Source of the DNA: Rhynchobatus australiae
Lineage: Eukaryota
Length of the DNA: 59,541 bases
Assembly: GCA_034780895.1 (NCBI GenBank)
Contig: JAUZTB010000064.1
Location: 98,424,107 to 98,483,647 of the forward strand
Direction of reading: 5' to 3'
Below the pieces are notes generated by a model that searched no databases, was not told the origin of the DNA, and saw only the letters and a program-made list of their open reading frames with translations. Below, piece after piece: positions 13,591-26,419 of the stretch; position 1 is the stretch's first letter; every line of letters begins with the position of its first letter. The position numbers and the translations under genes are program-made.

Positions 13591-14364
13591 CAAGCTTCAA
13601 GATCTTGCCTTTCTGGATTCTGCTGATTAGTTTTATAATTAAGGTTAGATCAGTAGTTTGGCTACTTATCATTGACATCTATTGGTGCTACTGAAAGCTA
13701 GCTTCTTTGACTAAGTCCTACATTGTGTCTGGAGAAGTTGTCTGTGCAAAAGGGGAAAGAACATATTTCTGAAATAATACAATATTTTGCATGTTCATTT
13801 TAAAAATTGTTTGTTNNNNNNNNNNNNNNNNNNNNNNNNNNNNNNNNNNNNNNNNNNNNNNNNNNNNNNNNNNNNNNNNNNNNNNNNNNNNNNNNNNNNN
13901 NNNNNNNNNNNNNNNGCTTCATTTGTCTATTTTAATATATTAATATTAAACTATGTCCATTTTAATGTTAATATATCATATTATATTAATAATGCCCTGA
14001 CCACTTTTCTCATTGTAGAGAATAGAAAGCATGACAGCTCTTTAATTCATATGTTCCGCATCTTCCTTTGCTGTGATTGTTAACAGAATTATTGGCCCTC
14101 CTATAAGACTGGAGTGTGGTCAACCAATCATATATGACAGTGCATACTACATTGTACCTTGAAATGCAAACATTCTGGAAACCAGCAGCATTATCTGATA
14201 TGAAAATGTGGATCTATGAATAAGCTATTGCTTTTGGAGGACGGGTTTGGTGAATACAGTTATTGACTGTCTAGCGTTTATTATTAAGTAAGTTGGATTT
14301 CTGCCCTTCACAACCCAGATTGAGACTGAACTCAAAAATTTAAAGCAGGAGTGTGGTACATAAG

Positions 14365-15040
14365 TGGACACAGAAGAGACAGTAGATGCTGGAATCTGGA
14401 GCAAAAGCAAACTGATGGAAGAACTCAATACATCAAGCGGCACTGTGGAGGCAAAGGGGTGACTGCTGTTTCAGGTCAAGACCCTGCATTGGGAGCAGGA
14501 AGATAGCTGGTATAAAGAGGTGAGAGGGAAAGATGAGGCAGGGGTTGGTAGGTGATAGGTGGAGCCAGGTGAGGTGGGGGATATTGGGCAGATGGAGCCA
14601 AGCAAGGGAGGGGAAGGTTGAGTTTAGAGACAGAGGCTGGTGGGTGATAGGTGGAAAAAGATAAGGATAAAAAGCTGGAAGAAAGCCTGTGAAGCAAATG
14701 AAGCCAGATGGGGGGAGGGAAGGGGGAATGTAGAGACAAAGGCTGGAAGGTGATAAGTGGAAATAGATAAGGGAGGGATGATGGGCAGATGGAACCCAGA
14801 GGAGGAGGATATAGGAAGAGTAGGCCAAGGGAGAAGAAACCCAGGTGGATAGCTGTGTGGGTGATGGGCTAATGGAATCTCATGGGGGGAGGGTAAAAAA
14901 TCTATGTAATGGAGGGAGGGGGTGAATGGAAAAGATGAACAAAGGGATACAAGGAGGGAGTACCTAGGTGGACCAGTAGGAGTGGGAAAGGAACACTGAG
15001 AGTGTGGGTTACGTGAAATCAGAAAATTCAATGCTTAGTA
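14365..15040 (-). mobile_element. Penelope-like element 3' fragment
   Basis: Minus strand reads ..SIEFSDFT* (15009-15035), resembling the end of Penelope GIY-YIG ORFs. Then a long pyrimidine-rich UTR, a decayed hammerhead-like motif (atgcagggtcttgacctgaaac) and the ccagattccagcatct terminal block. Confidence 0.65.
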
Positions 15041-15637
15041 TTTGCTGGAATGGTGAGATTTTGCCCATATCACAATGAATTTGCATTTGATGTAGAGCAG
15101 CGGCCTGACTCATGTTGCAAGGTTAACAGAGATGCAACGTGAAAAATAGCAAGTGGCAAACAAATCACTTCAATACTTCAATGAGTAGCGAAAACCAATC
15201 GTGTGGAGCCAAGACTGTCTCAGGTATAGATATAGCTATCTAGTGCATTGGACTAGATTATAGACAGTTTTATGGAAGAGTGATTCTCAGCCATCATACT
15301 GATGACACTCTACTGTTAATTTTCCCCAAAGGAACTACAATAATTGTTTGAAACAAACCAGTATACTTGAGATTGTTGCGGTAGTCAAGACAGTGACTGT
15401 TCTGAGCATATGAGCATAAAATTTAATTTTGGAGTGTGAAATTATGGGGCACATCAGACTGGTCACTTGCTAGAAATACTTCCTGATGGTAACCCCAATA
15501 GTTCTCATGGTTTCAGAAGCACTAGTGGATATCAGTGTTGTAAGTAGCCAAACCACTGATCTTACCTTAATTGTAAAAAAATTCAGCATAATCGGGAACA
15601 GCATTCATAATGAATAGGAGGCTCTTTAACTTGTTAC

Positions 15638-15731
15638 TTATCTATTTAATTATTTATCAATTTATTTATTTGTTTGTTTATTATTTATCTCTTTATCCAT
15701 CTATCTATTTATTTATTTATCTATTTATTTA
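15638..15731. repeat. (TATT/TATC)n low-complexity repeat
   Basis: Seen directly. Confidence 0.85.
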
Positions 15732-15759
15732 TGGGATGTGACTGGCATTATATGAATCC

Positions 15760-18010
15760 ATGCCACCTATACCCTCAGTAACAAGTATATTATCTTGGGT
15801 TTTGTTTATCTTGGGTTTTGTTGGGGGTGGGGGTGGCCTTTCAGAAGAGACCAGCAGCAGCAGCAGCAGCAGCTAGATCTGTGGCACAATGACTGGCTCT
15901 GATGCACAGCACAGGAAGGAGGAGCTAAGGAGAGCTGTTGTGATAGGAGACTCTATAGTTAGGGGGACAGACAGGAGATTCTGTGCTATGACCGAGAGTT
16001 TAGGATGGTATGTTGCCTCCTGGGTGCCAGAGCCAAGGATGCTTCTGAGCACTTGCAGAGCATTCTGAAGGGGGAGGGTAAGCAGCCAGAGGTCATTGTA
16101 CACATTGCTACCAACGACATAGGTAGAAAAAGGAATGAGGTCCCACAGAGTGAATGTAGGGAGTTAGGCAGAAGGTTAAAAAGCAGGACATCAGGGTTGT
16201 AATCTCTGGATTACTCCTGATGTCACACATTATTGAGGGTGGGAGTAGAATGATAGGGCAGTCAAATGCATTGCTGAGAAGCTGATGTAGGAGGGAGGGA
16301 TTGAGGTTCTTGGACCATTGAGATCTCTTCTGGGGCAAGATGACTGGTAAAAAAGGGACAGGTTGCACCGGAACTGGAGGAGCACCAATATCCTTATGGG
16401 GAGATTTTCTAGAGGTACTCAGGAGGGTTTAAACTAACCTAGGATGGGGGTGGGACCCAAAGTAGTAGTGCGGCACGTCAGAATGTTGAGGCAAATATAG
16501 AAATTAAAGCAAGCTAGTTCAGTAGTCAGGACAGGCAGGGGCAGGGCAGGGAATGAGGAAGGTCTGATAGGCTAAACTGCATTTATTTTAATACAAGAAG
16601 CCTGACAAATAAGGCATATGAGCTTGGCATGGAAAGGCACAGGGGATTGTGATATGATAGCTATTACAGAAACATCATTGAGGGATGGGCAGGATTGGCA
16701 GCTCAATGTTCTGGGGTACTGATGCTACAGGAGTGATAAAGGTGGAGGTAAGAGAGGAGGGGGAGTTGCCATTTTGATTAGGGAGAACATCATGGCAATA
16801 CTTAGAGAGGATATTCATGGGGAAACGTCCAGTGAGCTATTTGGGTAGTATTTAGAAATAAGAAAGGGGTGGTCACTTTGATGGGATTGCCCCAAGAGTC
16901 AGTGGGATTTGGAGGAGCAAATATGTAGGGAGATTGCAGTTAGCTGAAGGAATAATAGGGTTGTAATCGTACGTGATTTTAACTTTTAATATTGACTGGG
17001 ACTGCTTATTGTACTATGTGATTAGATGGGGCAGAATTTGTTGAGAATGTCCAGGAAAGTTTTCTCTAGCAATATGTCAATGGTCCTACAAGAGGGGAGG
17101 CAACACTCAACCTCCTGTTGGGAAGTGAGGCTGGGCAAGTGGCTGAAGTCAGTGGAGGAGCAGCTTGGGACCAGTGACCATAATCCTATTAATTTCACAA
17201 TAGTTATGGAAAAAGATAGGAATGGTCCCACAAGTTAAATTCCTAAATTGGGGNNNNNNNNNNAAAGGGAGGTCTGGCAAGTGGGAGGTTTTTAAAAGTG
17301 AGATAGCGAGAGTTAAGGGCCAACATGTTCCACAAGAGTGAAGGGCAAGGCTGCCAGGGTTAGGGAACCCTGGCTGCCAAAGGATATTAAGACTCTGGTC
17401 AGGAAAAAGGAGACATATGTCAGATATAGGCAGCTGGATCAATCAAATCCCTTGAAGAGTATACTGTATGTAGTACACTTAAGAAGGAAATCAGAAGGAC
17501 AAGATGGGGAGAAGTTGGTGAAACCACACCTGGAGTATTGTGTGTAGTTCTGATCACCATATTCTAGGAAGGATGTGATTAAGTTAGAGAGGGTGCAGAA
17601 AAGATTCACAAGGACATTACCGGGACAGGAGGACTTGGAGCGAAGGAAGTTGATGGGTAATCTTATTAAGTTTATAAAATCATGAGGGGCATAGATATGG
17701 TGGATAGTCACAACCTTTTTCCCAGAGTAGGGGAGTCTAAAACTGGAGGGCATTGGTTTAAGGTGAGAGGGGCAAGATTTAAAGGGGGCCTGAAGATAGT
17801 GCGTACATGGAATGAGCTGCCAAAGAAATGGCTTGGGTGTGCACAGTTATAAAGTTCATAAGATTTTTGGATGGGTACATGGAAAGGAAAAGTTTGGAGG
17901 GATATGGGCCAAATGCAGGCATATGGAACTAGCTGAAGAAGGCACCTTGGTCAGCGGGGATAAGTCAGGCCGGAGAGCCTGTCTCCGTTCTGTACGACAT
18001 GACGCTATTT
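15760..18010 (+). mobile_element. CR1 LINE with ORF1 esterase, APE endonuclease and 3' end; RT core deleted
   Basis: AVVIGDSIVRGTDRRFC and VIVHIATNDIG (SGNH esterase ORF1); LNCIYFNTRSL, IAITET, LGTSDHN (endonuclease); LVKPHLEYCV..SPYSRKDVIKLERVQKRFTR (CR1 C-terminus); CR1 tail near 17960-18010. Confidence 0.88.
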
Positions 18011-18889
18011 TTACCTCTGCCTGAGTTGGCTTTCTTCCTGATTCAGATTAATACTTGGTTTAACTTAGAACTACAAAAAAGCTGGCATGAGGTGAAGCAA
18101 ACTTGATGAATCATAGCCCTGCCATCTGCAGCCGTGCAGCCTCTTGGTGGATTTAAAAAATGGGATCAGTTTAATGAAGATTAACTCTGGTAAATGGCTT
18201 TCTGATCCCCAAAGCCAATATTTAGGACACCACAGTATTTACATTCACTCATCATGGCAATGAAACTACTTTCTACAACTCAGTATCTCTTCCATTTACA
18301 GGAACTCATCTTTCTCCCTTTTAAAGGCAACATTTCCAATATCTGGGCATGTTGGCAATAGGTTGAAGACACTACAGAAAGAATAATTCCATAGCACAAT
18401 AGCATCTAATCTACCCTCGGGTGCTGTAGCTTATATTGATGCAGCCTATCTGGATCAAATGACTTTCCCAATTAGACAATCTAATATTCTCATTATTTTA
18501 AGAACATCTATTATATCATTTTACATCTGTGCTTACCAAAGTTAAAAACTTCAGCTTTCTCAGCTGAGGACATTTAAACTAGACATCTCTAAGAGAGAAC
18601 CTCTTCTGAACCTTTACCTTAGTGAATTGACCTCTGATGGGCATGGTATTCTTGATGTACTTTACCTAAATTATTCTATTGGATGAGAATTGTACCATGT
18701 GTTTTTATCCATAGCTGTGAAGCCTAAGACCTTCTGCTTACCTAAAGTTCTTGAGACACTCATCATCCATTATATAGAAATTCATAAAATGAATTGGCCA
18801 TTTTGCCCAACTAATCTATGCTGGTGTTTATACTTCACAAGGATTTCTTCCACTTTCATCTACATCAGCACAACTTTAATTTCATGAAC

Positions 18890-19070
18890 TGCTTATTGTC
18901 TGTCTGCACTTCCTCTGTAACTGTAACACATTATTTTGCACTCTGTTATTGCTTTTCTCTTGTAATACCTCAATGTGATGAAATGATCTGAATGAATGGC
19001 ATGCAAAACAAAGTTTTTTACTGTACTTCAGTACATGTGACAATAACAAACCAATTTACCAATTTACAAC
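18890..19070 (+). mobile_element. Rex1-type LINE 3' UTR fragment
   Basis: Close copy of 8128-8305, ending catgtgacaataacaaaccaatttaccaattt. Confidence 0.8.
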
Positions 19071-20574
19071 CTACAGAATTTCCTCTTGCTCAGCAATCTT
19101 CACTGCCCAATCTTGCATTGTGTAAAATTGCTTGGAATGGCTTCCTGCCAGAAATTTATTAGACTTTATAGTTGAAAGTACATGTCAGCTATAGTTCACT
19201 CTACCAGAGTCTCAGGATTCATTTTGTCTTATGTTGTAGGAACATAGAGATGTCTCAGAAGTGGTAGGGGCCAGTTGAGAAGACTGTGAAGAGGCCATAG
19301 ACAGACCTTAGCTCTATGAGTAGAAGCATAGAGGTCAAAAGCAAACAGATTATGTTAAACCTTTAACAATTGCTGGTAGAATCAAACTGAAATACTGGAC
19401 TACATTGCACTGATGGTTAGCTGATGGTTCCTTGCAGAAACACTGGGTAGCTACTGTGTGCATGTAAACGAGTTCCGGATTTTCATGCTTGTGCACTACA
19501 AAGATGAAGTACAAGACTTCAAATTCTGCTCCTTCTTTACACCAGCCAACCTTGTTTAAAAAGGTAAGTGAAACAATTAAACTATGTGGTTAGGGTTTTT
19601 AAAATTTTATTTTAATTAATATAATTGCTTTCAATTAATTTATGTAAGATGAATCATTTTAAGATGANNNNNNNNNNNNNNNNNNNNNNNNNNNNNNNNN
19701 NNNNNNNNNNNNNNNNNNNNNNNNNNNNNNNNNNNNNNNNNNNNNNNNNNNNNNNNNNNNNNNNNNNNNNNNNNNNNNNNNNNNNNNNNNNNNNNNNNNN
19801 NNNNNNNNNNNNNNNNNNNNNNNNNNNNNNNNNNNNNNNNNNNNNNNNNNNNNNNNNNNNNNNNNNNNNNNNNNNNNNNNNNNNNNNNNNNNNNNNNNNN
19901 NNNNNNNNNNNNNNNNNNNNNNNNNNNNNNNNNNNNNNNNNNNNNNNNNNNNNNNNNNNNNNNNNNNNNNNNNNNNNNNNNNNNNNNNNNNNNNNNNNNN
20001 NNNNNNNNNNNNNNNNNNNNNNNNNNNNNNNNNNNNNNNNNNNNNNNNNNNNNNNNNNNNNNNNNNNNNNNNNNNNNNNNNNNNNNNNNNNNNNNNNNNN
20101 NNNNNNNNNNNNNNNNNNNNNNNNNNNNNNNNNNNNNNNNNNNNNNNNNNNNNNNNNNNNNNNNNNNNNNNNNNNNNNNNNNNNNNNNNNNNNNNNNNNN
20201 NNNNNNNNNNNNNNNNNNNNNNNNNNNNNNNNNNNNNNNNNNNNNNNNNNNNNNNNNNNNNNNNNNNNNNNNNNNNNNNNNNNNNNNNNNNNNNNNNNNN
20301 NNNNNNNNNNNNNNNNNNNNNNNNNNNNNNNNNNNNNNNNNNNNNNNNNNNNNNNNNNNNNNNNNNNNNNNNNNNNNNNNNNNNNNNNNNNNNNNNNNNN
20401 NNNNNNNNNNNNNNNNNNNNNNNNNNNNNNNNNNNNNNNNNNNNNNNNNNNNNNNNNNNNNNNNNNNNNNNNNNNNNNNNNNNNNNNNNNNNNNNNNNNC
20501 TCGTTGGGCCGGAAGGGCCTGTTACCATGCTGTAAATAAAATTTAAATAAATTTAAATAAAACAATTTAAATGA

Positions 20575-20865
20575 CAAAAAAGTAGTGGATGTGCTTAAAG
20601 CTTCCCTGAAGAAGTGTAACATCCCCACAGACTCCAGGAATCCTCTAGCTCATGATTGCATTCAGGATGGTGTTCAGAATCTCAAGGGAGCACACGGTGT
20701 GGAATGAGTGCACCAGTTAACAAACTCCCCAAATGTCCTGTCAGCCAACCCTTGTCCCATCTGTGGAAGAATCTGCCATTCCCACATTGGCCTCATAAGT
20801 CATCTTCGTACCCACAAAACTAGAATGGAAGGCAGACATTCTCAATCCTAAGGAGCTGCCTACAT
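20575..20865 (+). mobile_element. RTE (BovB-like) LINE 3' end
   Basis: DVLKASLKKCNIPTDS and the C2H2-like CPICGRICHSHIGLISHLRTHK typical of RTE C-termini. Confidence 0.75.
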
Positions 20866-23800
20866 AGAAGATATGATAACTTCTGAATATATCTTTACTT
20901 CACCAGTATATTCTTCCGATCAGCTCAAATATATTTTACTTTGACCTGGAAGTACCATTTCCATCCCATGGATGCTCCCTTTCAATGGCTTATCCAAGTC
21001 AAGGTCAAAGTCAATTTTCTCATTGGCATATGCAAAACATTAACAACTTAGCTACCAAGCATTTAACCATAGAACCAAAGAAGAATACAGCACAAAAGAG
21101 GCCCTTCAGCCCATCATGCTGTGCCGCCCTTCAAACTAAGNNNNNNNNNNNNNNNNNNNNNNNNNNNNNNNNNNNNNNNNNNNNNNNNNNNNNNNNNNNN
21201 NNNNNNNNNNNNNNNNNNNNNNNNNNNNNNNNNNNNNNNNAAATATTTCACAGTCATGTAGTATTTTTGAGCTGGTATCTTCACAATAAATCGTCCTATA
21301 TAATTAATCAAAATGATCAGTCATCTTACTAATAGGCCTTCCAGCATAACACAACCCAGTCATCTATCTGTCAAACATATGAAGAGTTTTCACATCCTTG
21401 TCCCGGTAACAGTGACTGCATCCTGTTTTAAGGAGTCTTTATTTGCAACGTTACAAATGCAGAGAATTGCAACGGGTGACATCTAACTAATGTTTTCTCA
21501 CGAGTCTTTTAAACACCTAATTTCTGTATCATTTTCGACAAGTTTATGAAGATTAAGAAAAAATGCGAGATCTCTGGAGTGTGCAACTACATCGTTCGGG
21601 AAAATAAAACCTCCCTTTTGCTCCTCTCCAGGGACTCCTCTATTCCCCAATAAAATTTGTAATACCCTTCAAATATCCCGTTTGAACATCTCTGCGAGCC
21701 TCCGCTGACATGTTTTTCTCAAATGCTACATTATTGAGAGAGATCGAGTTTCCAGGAGCAGTCTTGCGGTGTCGCGAGTGCTTTGCTAAACTGACGAGCT
21801 GGAGGCCAACACGCAATTACTACGCGTTTTCTAGGACACCCAATGCCGTCCTCTGGCGTCGCCCTGTCTGTCCACCAGCTTATCCCCTTGCTAATGTCAG
21901 CTAATGGAACGCGGCGCAAGGTGTTGTTCAGAATAGGATATTAAAGGGGAGATATCGGAGACTGATTCAGCTTTGCGTTGTGACACCACAGTTGACCTTC
22001 GATTGCAAAATATCTCTTTTGTATCTTTCCTGACTCATATCCCGAAATACAAACAAATATTTTTAGGCCAGACTGAAGCCCCCAGAACCGTGGCAGTTCT
22101 GATAAGTTACTCCTCGTGGGGAGGATCCCAGTGCTTTGCAAAAACAATCATTCGATCATTTTTTTTAAACTTCTTCCGTGAAACTGAATGTGAAACTTAC
22201 TGGGATATTCCTGTAATAGGCCGGTGTGCCATGCTGAAGCATTGAAAATTAACAACTCCGAAGGAGGCCATTCAACCCATTGCGTCTGTGTCGATGGAAG
22301 AAGGGTTACACAACCTGATACCAACCCAATACCAGGTCTGTATCCCTGCAGCTCACAGCCAATTCAGATATTTAACACAAAGATGTTGCCTGTAAATATC
22401 AATTTGTTTAAAGATGCTAATTGAAGTAAATTCCAGTTAATCACATGATTAACTATAACAATCCGCCAAAAGCAAATCCCAATGCTGTGATTTTGAAAAT
22501 TAAGGGCATGGAGTTGTGCATGATATTATTGTGAAAATTAAAACTCAAAGGACATGCCACTAGTCAATTCACCAATCCATTCCTTAGAAACCGCTGTTAT
22601 TTCTACACCAGGCCTTAGGATTTTAGAATAATTTATTGATCTGCCACAAATGAATGTATTGTAAAGCAATGGGGAAATTACTTGTAATATTATTTCTAAA
22701 ACCTTAGGATTTGGCTGTCTCTGTCTCTGCACAGTGTAGATCTATACATTCACTCATGGCTCAGCTTTCTGAAATAAATATGTATTTCTCATCAATACAG
22801 CACTGATAATTATTAAAACATGGGTTGCTTGTTCCAAGTTATTTATATATACAGTATTTTAATTGGAAACATCTATTTTAATGATCTAATACTTAATGAC
22901 ATACAATCTAAAGGATGGGCACAGGTTCTGGCACATTAATGTGACAAAGGCTCCGTTTGATAGGATTCAATTCATGAGCATATTTCAAATGCATTCAATG
23001 TCAGTCTGCATTGCAGTGCTGTAGTGAGCCACAGCAAGAGTTCCAGTTGAGCCAAAACCACGTGTCCTTGCTGGCTGGCAGGGCAAGTCTCCAACTCAGA
23101 AGGCAGCAAAGCAGGTATGCATTTGTGCTGTCTTTTTTGCCAGCCGTTCTCACAGACGAGGCTCATAGGGGCTTCCCTCATCACTTTAACCAGATGCTCT
23201 GTCAGGGTTGTTCCTCAAAATCCTGCCCCTCAAGATAGGTAGGGTTGGGATTTAATTGATTCCTTTTGTAGGTTTTATTTTGTTCCTTTGAAAATGTATT
23301 AAAACCTAATGTGGCACCTAGGCTGGCTTGCTGATCTGTCAATTGGTAAACTGAGTGTTACAGGAATGCTACAGAGATGCCCCCAAAATTCTGCCAGGAG
23401 GTTTGCTGTGTCAGGCTGATATTGCATACTTACCACAGGGAACCCAAAAACTCTTACTTACATCCCAAACCTCTCTTCCCCTCTTTGCTGAAGGGTCCCT
23501 GATCCAAACAGATGCTGCCTGACCTGTTGATTGTTTCGAGCATTTAGTGGTTTTATTTGAGATTTCCAGCATCTGCAGTTATCTTTCATTATCTCTTCCC
23601 CCCCCCCACTCTCAACATCCCCGCCCCCCCTCCACCGCCCCCCCACCCCCATACACACACACTCACTACCAAAAGCAANNNNNNNNNNNNNNNNNNNNNN
23701 NNNNNNNNNNNNNNNNNNNNNNNNNNNNNNNNNNNNNNNTAAGTCTCCCTTCATCTAGGACTAGATTTAAAGCCCCAGGGGAAATTTTGAAAAGAGTGGA

Positions 23801-24794
23801 TATGAAAATTTCCTTTTCAAATCATGCAAGTTAAACTTGCAGAAGTTGCAGGACAACATAATGCACTCTTTAAATGAAAAAAGTTTGACAAGGCAGCTGC
23901 TGTTAATCTGAAGGCATTTTTTTGAATAGTCACTCACATTATTCCCCTCTGGGATCAGGCCAGGCTTTCACTCTGGATTTACACTGCAACCTTATCATAA
24001 TTGTAAAGTCTCCTGGGCCTCTCTGAGCAGCAATACCTTCTGTGTGGTGTCAAAATGGGTTTTAAAAAGTGCTTAGGGGTTCTCTCTGATTCCCAGGATA
24101 ATTTTCATCCCCACAAGATATTACAGCGTGCTGTTTGCTGTAAACATTTATTTAAAATTTAAATTTTAAAATTTATGTTGTAGATTTTCTCAGGGCTTCA
24201 GTTCCTGAAGTGTGGTGGAAATCCCATTCATTCATGTAAGTGGAGTTTCTGCTGTAGTTATGGTGACCAACTAAAATTACTTATGAAGCTAGTGGCTTTA
24301 TGTCTAACTGTTGTGGTAGAGATGTTGAGATGAAATGACAGAGTTCCCTCCTGGGCAACAGATTTGACATTTTAAACAGACAGTTTAAGTTTAGCAACAG
24401 TTTGAAGTGAGACTAATTTTGACTCTAGAGATAATACCAACCCTGATTTAACAGCAAAGCAAAATAGCCTTGAAATGGTCTCCTGTGACTTGTGGTATGA
24501 TCCCAAGGATTTTTAAATTTTTTTCTGAGTTTAATTTAACCATTGACAGATTCAAGACTTCCCAAGAACATAAAGCAAATAATTCTGCATACTTGTACAT
24601 CCATGGAGATACAGATCCCTTGATACGATGCTAGTGTTCAGAAAGGCAGCCAATGCAGTGTAAACATTACTGCCACGTAGAACCTAAACTGCAACTGTCA
24701 TTCTGGGTAATAGTGCATCCTTGATGAACTACAATCCCAAAAGCACAAGGATTGTTGCATACCATATAAATTCAGCACCAACATATTGTTTGAA

Positions 24795-25172
24795 AGCTTA
24801 ACTACTATGACACAGAAGGGAGCCATTTGACTCATTTGGGTGCATTCCAGCTCTCAGTCGGATAACCCCATTAGTCTCATTCCCCTTCTCTTCATTTTCC
24901 CTGGCGTCCTGCAGCTTATTCTCTTTCACATGCCACTTCAACTTCCCTTTGGTTCCTTTGCCACTTACCAACACCAACAGGTAGTTTACAAAAGCTAAGG
25001 AACTACTAGTAAACCTTTGGAACACGAGGAAGCCCAAGCATCTGGCTGTAACCCACCTGGTCACCGCAAGAACATGTAAACTCCACGCAAACTGCACCCA
25101 AGATCAGAACTATACCCAGGTCCCTGGAGCTGTGAGCAGCAGCACTAACTGGTGCACTGCTGTGCCACCATG
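24795..25172 (-). mobile_element. V-SINE (HE1-like) old copy
   Basis: Minus strand tggtggcacagcag...gtgctgctgctcacagctccagggacctggg (tRNA-like head), then the V-domain tgcgtggagtttacatgttct. Confidence 0.7.
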
Positions 25173-25589
25173 GAAGGTACCAGAACAAACACTGATGATG
25201 ATAAGCACAACGTCAAAGAGAATTTTCAGTTACCAATGAAAATAGCAAGACTTTAGGGAACATATAGTCTTGAAATTGTATTTGCAAGTGGAAAGTNNNN
25301 NNNNNNGAGGTAATGGAGTGAAAAAAGAGGGTTGAGCAACTTGTGGTGATAAATAAATTTTAGTTTGAAATCAGATTAAAACGTCCAGATATAATAATCA
25401 TGAATAACTGAGACCTGGGGACTGGAAGATGCATCTTCTGCAACTTGATCACTGTGAAGTAGGAATAAAGGTACTGCAACAGGGTTCAGTGCATACTCTG
25501 GGCTGAGGCTGAGGCTTTTGAAATCAAAGTCTATGAGACAAAAGTCACCCAGGCAGCTTATAATGTGAATGTTTTCTAGAAGGAAAATC

Positions 25590-25879
25590 ATAAGATATCT
25601 TTATGAGTCACATGTACATTGAAACACACAGTGAAATACATCTTTTATGTAGAGTGTTTTGGGGGCAGCCCGCAAGTGTCGTCACACTTCCGGCACCAAC
25701 ACAGCGTGCCCTCAACTTTCTAATTCATAATTTGAATGTGGGAGGAAACTAGAGCACCCAGAGGAAACCCACGCAGACACGGGGAGAACGTACAAAGTCC
25801 TTACAGACAGTGGCCGGAATTGAACCCAGGTTGCTGGCACTGTAATAGCGTTAAGCCAACCGCTACACTACCGTGCCTG
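25590..25879 (-). mobile_element. tRNA-derived V-SINE with Rex1-like tail
   Basis: Head caggcacggtagtgtagcggttgg (A box) and gggttcaattcc (B box), V-domain tgtacgttctccccgtgtctgcgtgggtttcctctgggtgctc. Same family as 52931-53240. Confidence 0.85.
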
Positions 25880-26419
25880 TATCATCCATTTTGTATCAGT
25901 CCTTTGATAGAGTAAAAATCTCAAAAATATTTGATTTTGACAACTTGTTTTTTAAATTCTCTAGCATGCCGAACAAGACTTTATACCTGTATGGTTTTTA
26001 AGGATGTCTGCATTACTTCATATGTCCTGGGTCAATACTAAAGAATGTATCCCACTGAAGTAGAAAAAGTAACTTCAGTGGGGAGTTGGTAATGATATAG
26101 TAATCAGATTAGCAAATGTATTTACAAAAGGTGAATGCATCCTTACTCTGTTCCCCACTGACTTGTTTTTCCTGTTTGTTCAGCTTTTGTGGTACATTTT
26201 CACTTTCCAAAAATTCCTGTCTTTGCACCTGGATCCATTAATCACGGGTAGGGTTGCATAGTTGTCGGAAGCATCCACAGCAACTGGAGCCAAAAAGCAC
26301 AGGCATCCAGATGTTTGTGGCCTATTTATGTGTACCATTATGTCTCATCAAATCTCGGAATTTCCAGAGGAATTTTCGTGCCTGTCCAGTATAATGTCAG
26401 TAGAAACTCCACAGAAAAT

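Noticed and set aside
15852-15872. (CAG)7 tract as possible polyglutamine exon
   Set aside because: It lies inside the degenerate CR1 ORF1 region.
19625-20628. Long ORFs spanning N runs (also 8797-9236, 26315-27496, 39574-40008)
   Set aside because: Their length comes from X residues in assembly gaps; there is no coding evidence.
20750-20820. C2H2 zinc-finger-like peptide as a host gene exon
   Set aside because: It is the C-terminal motif of an RTE LINE, directly following RTE coding sequence.
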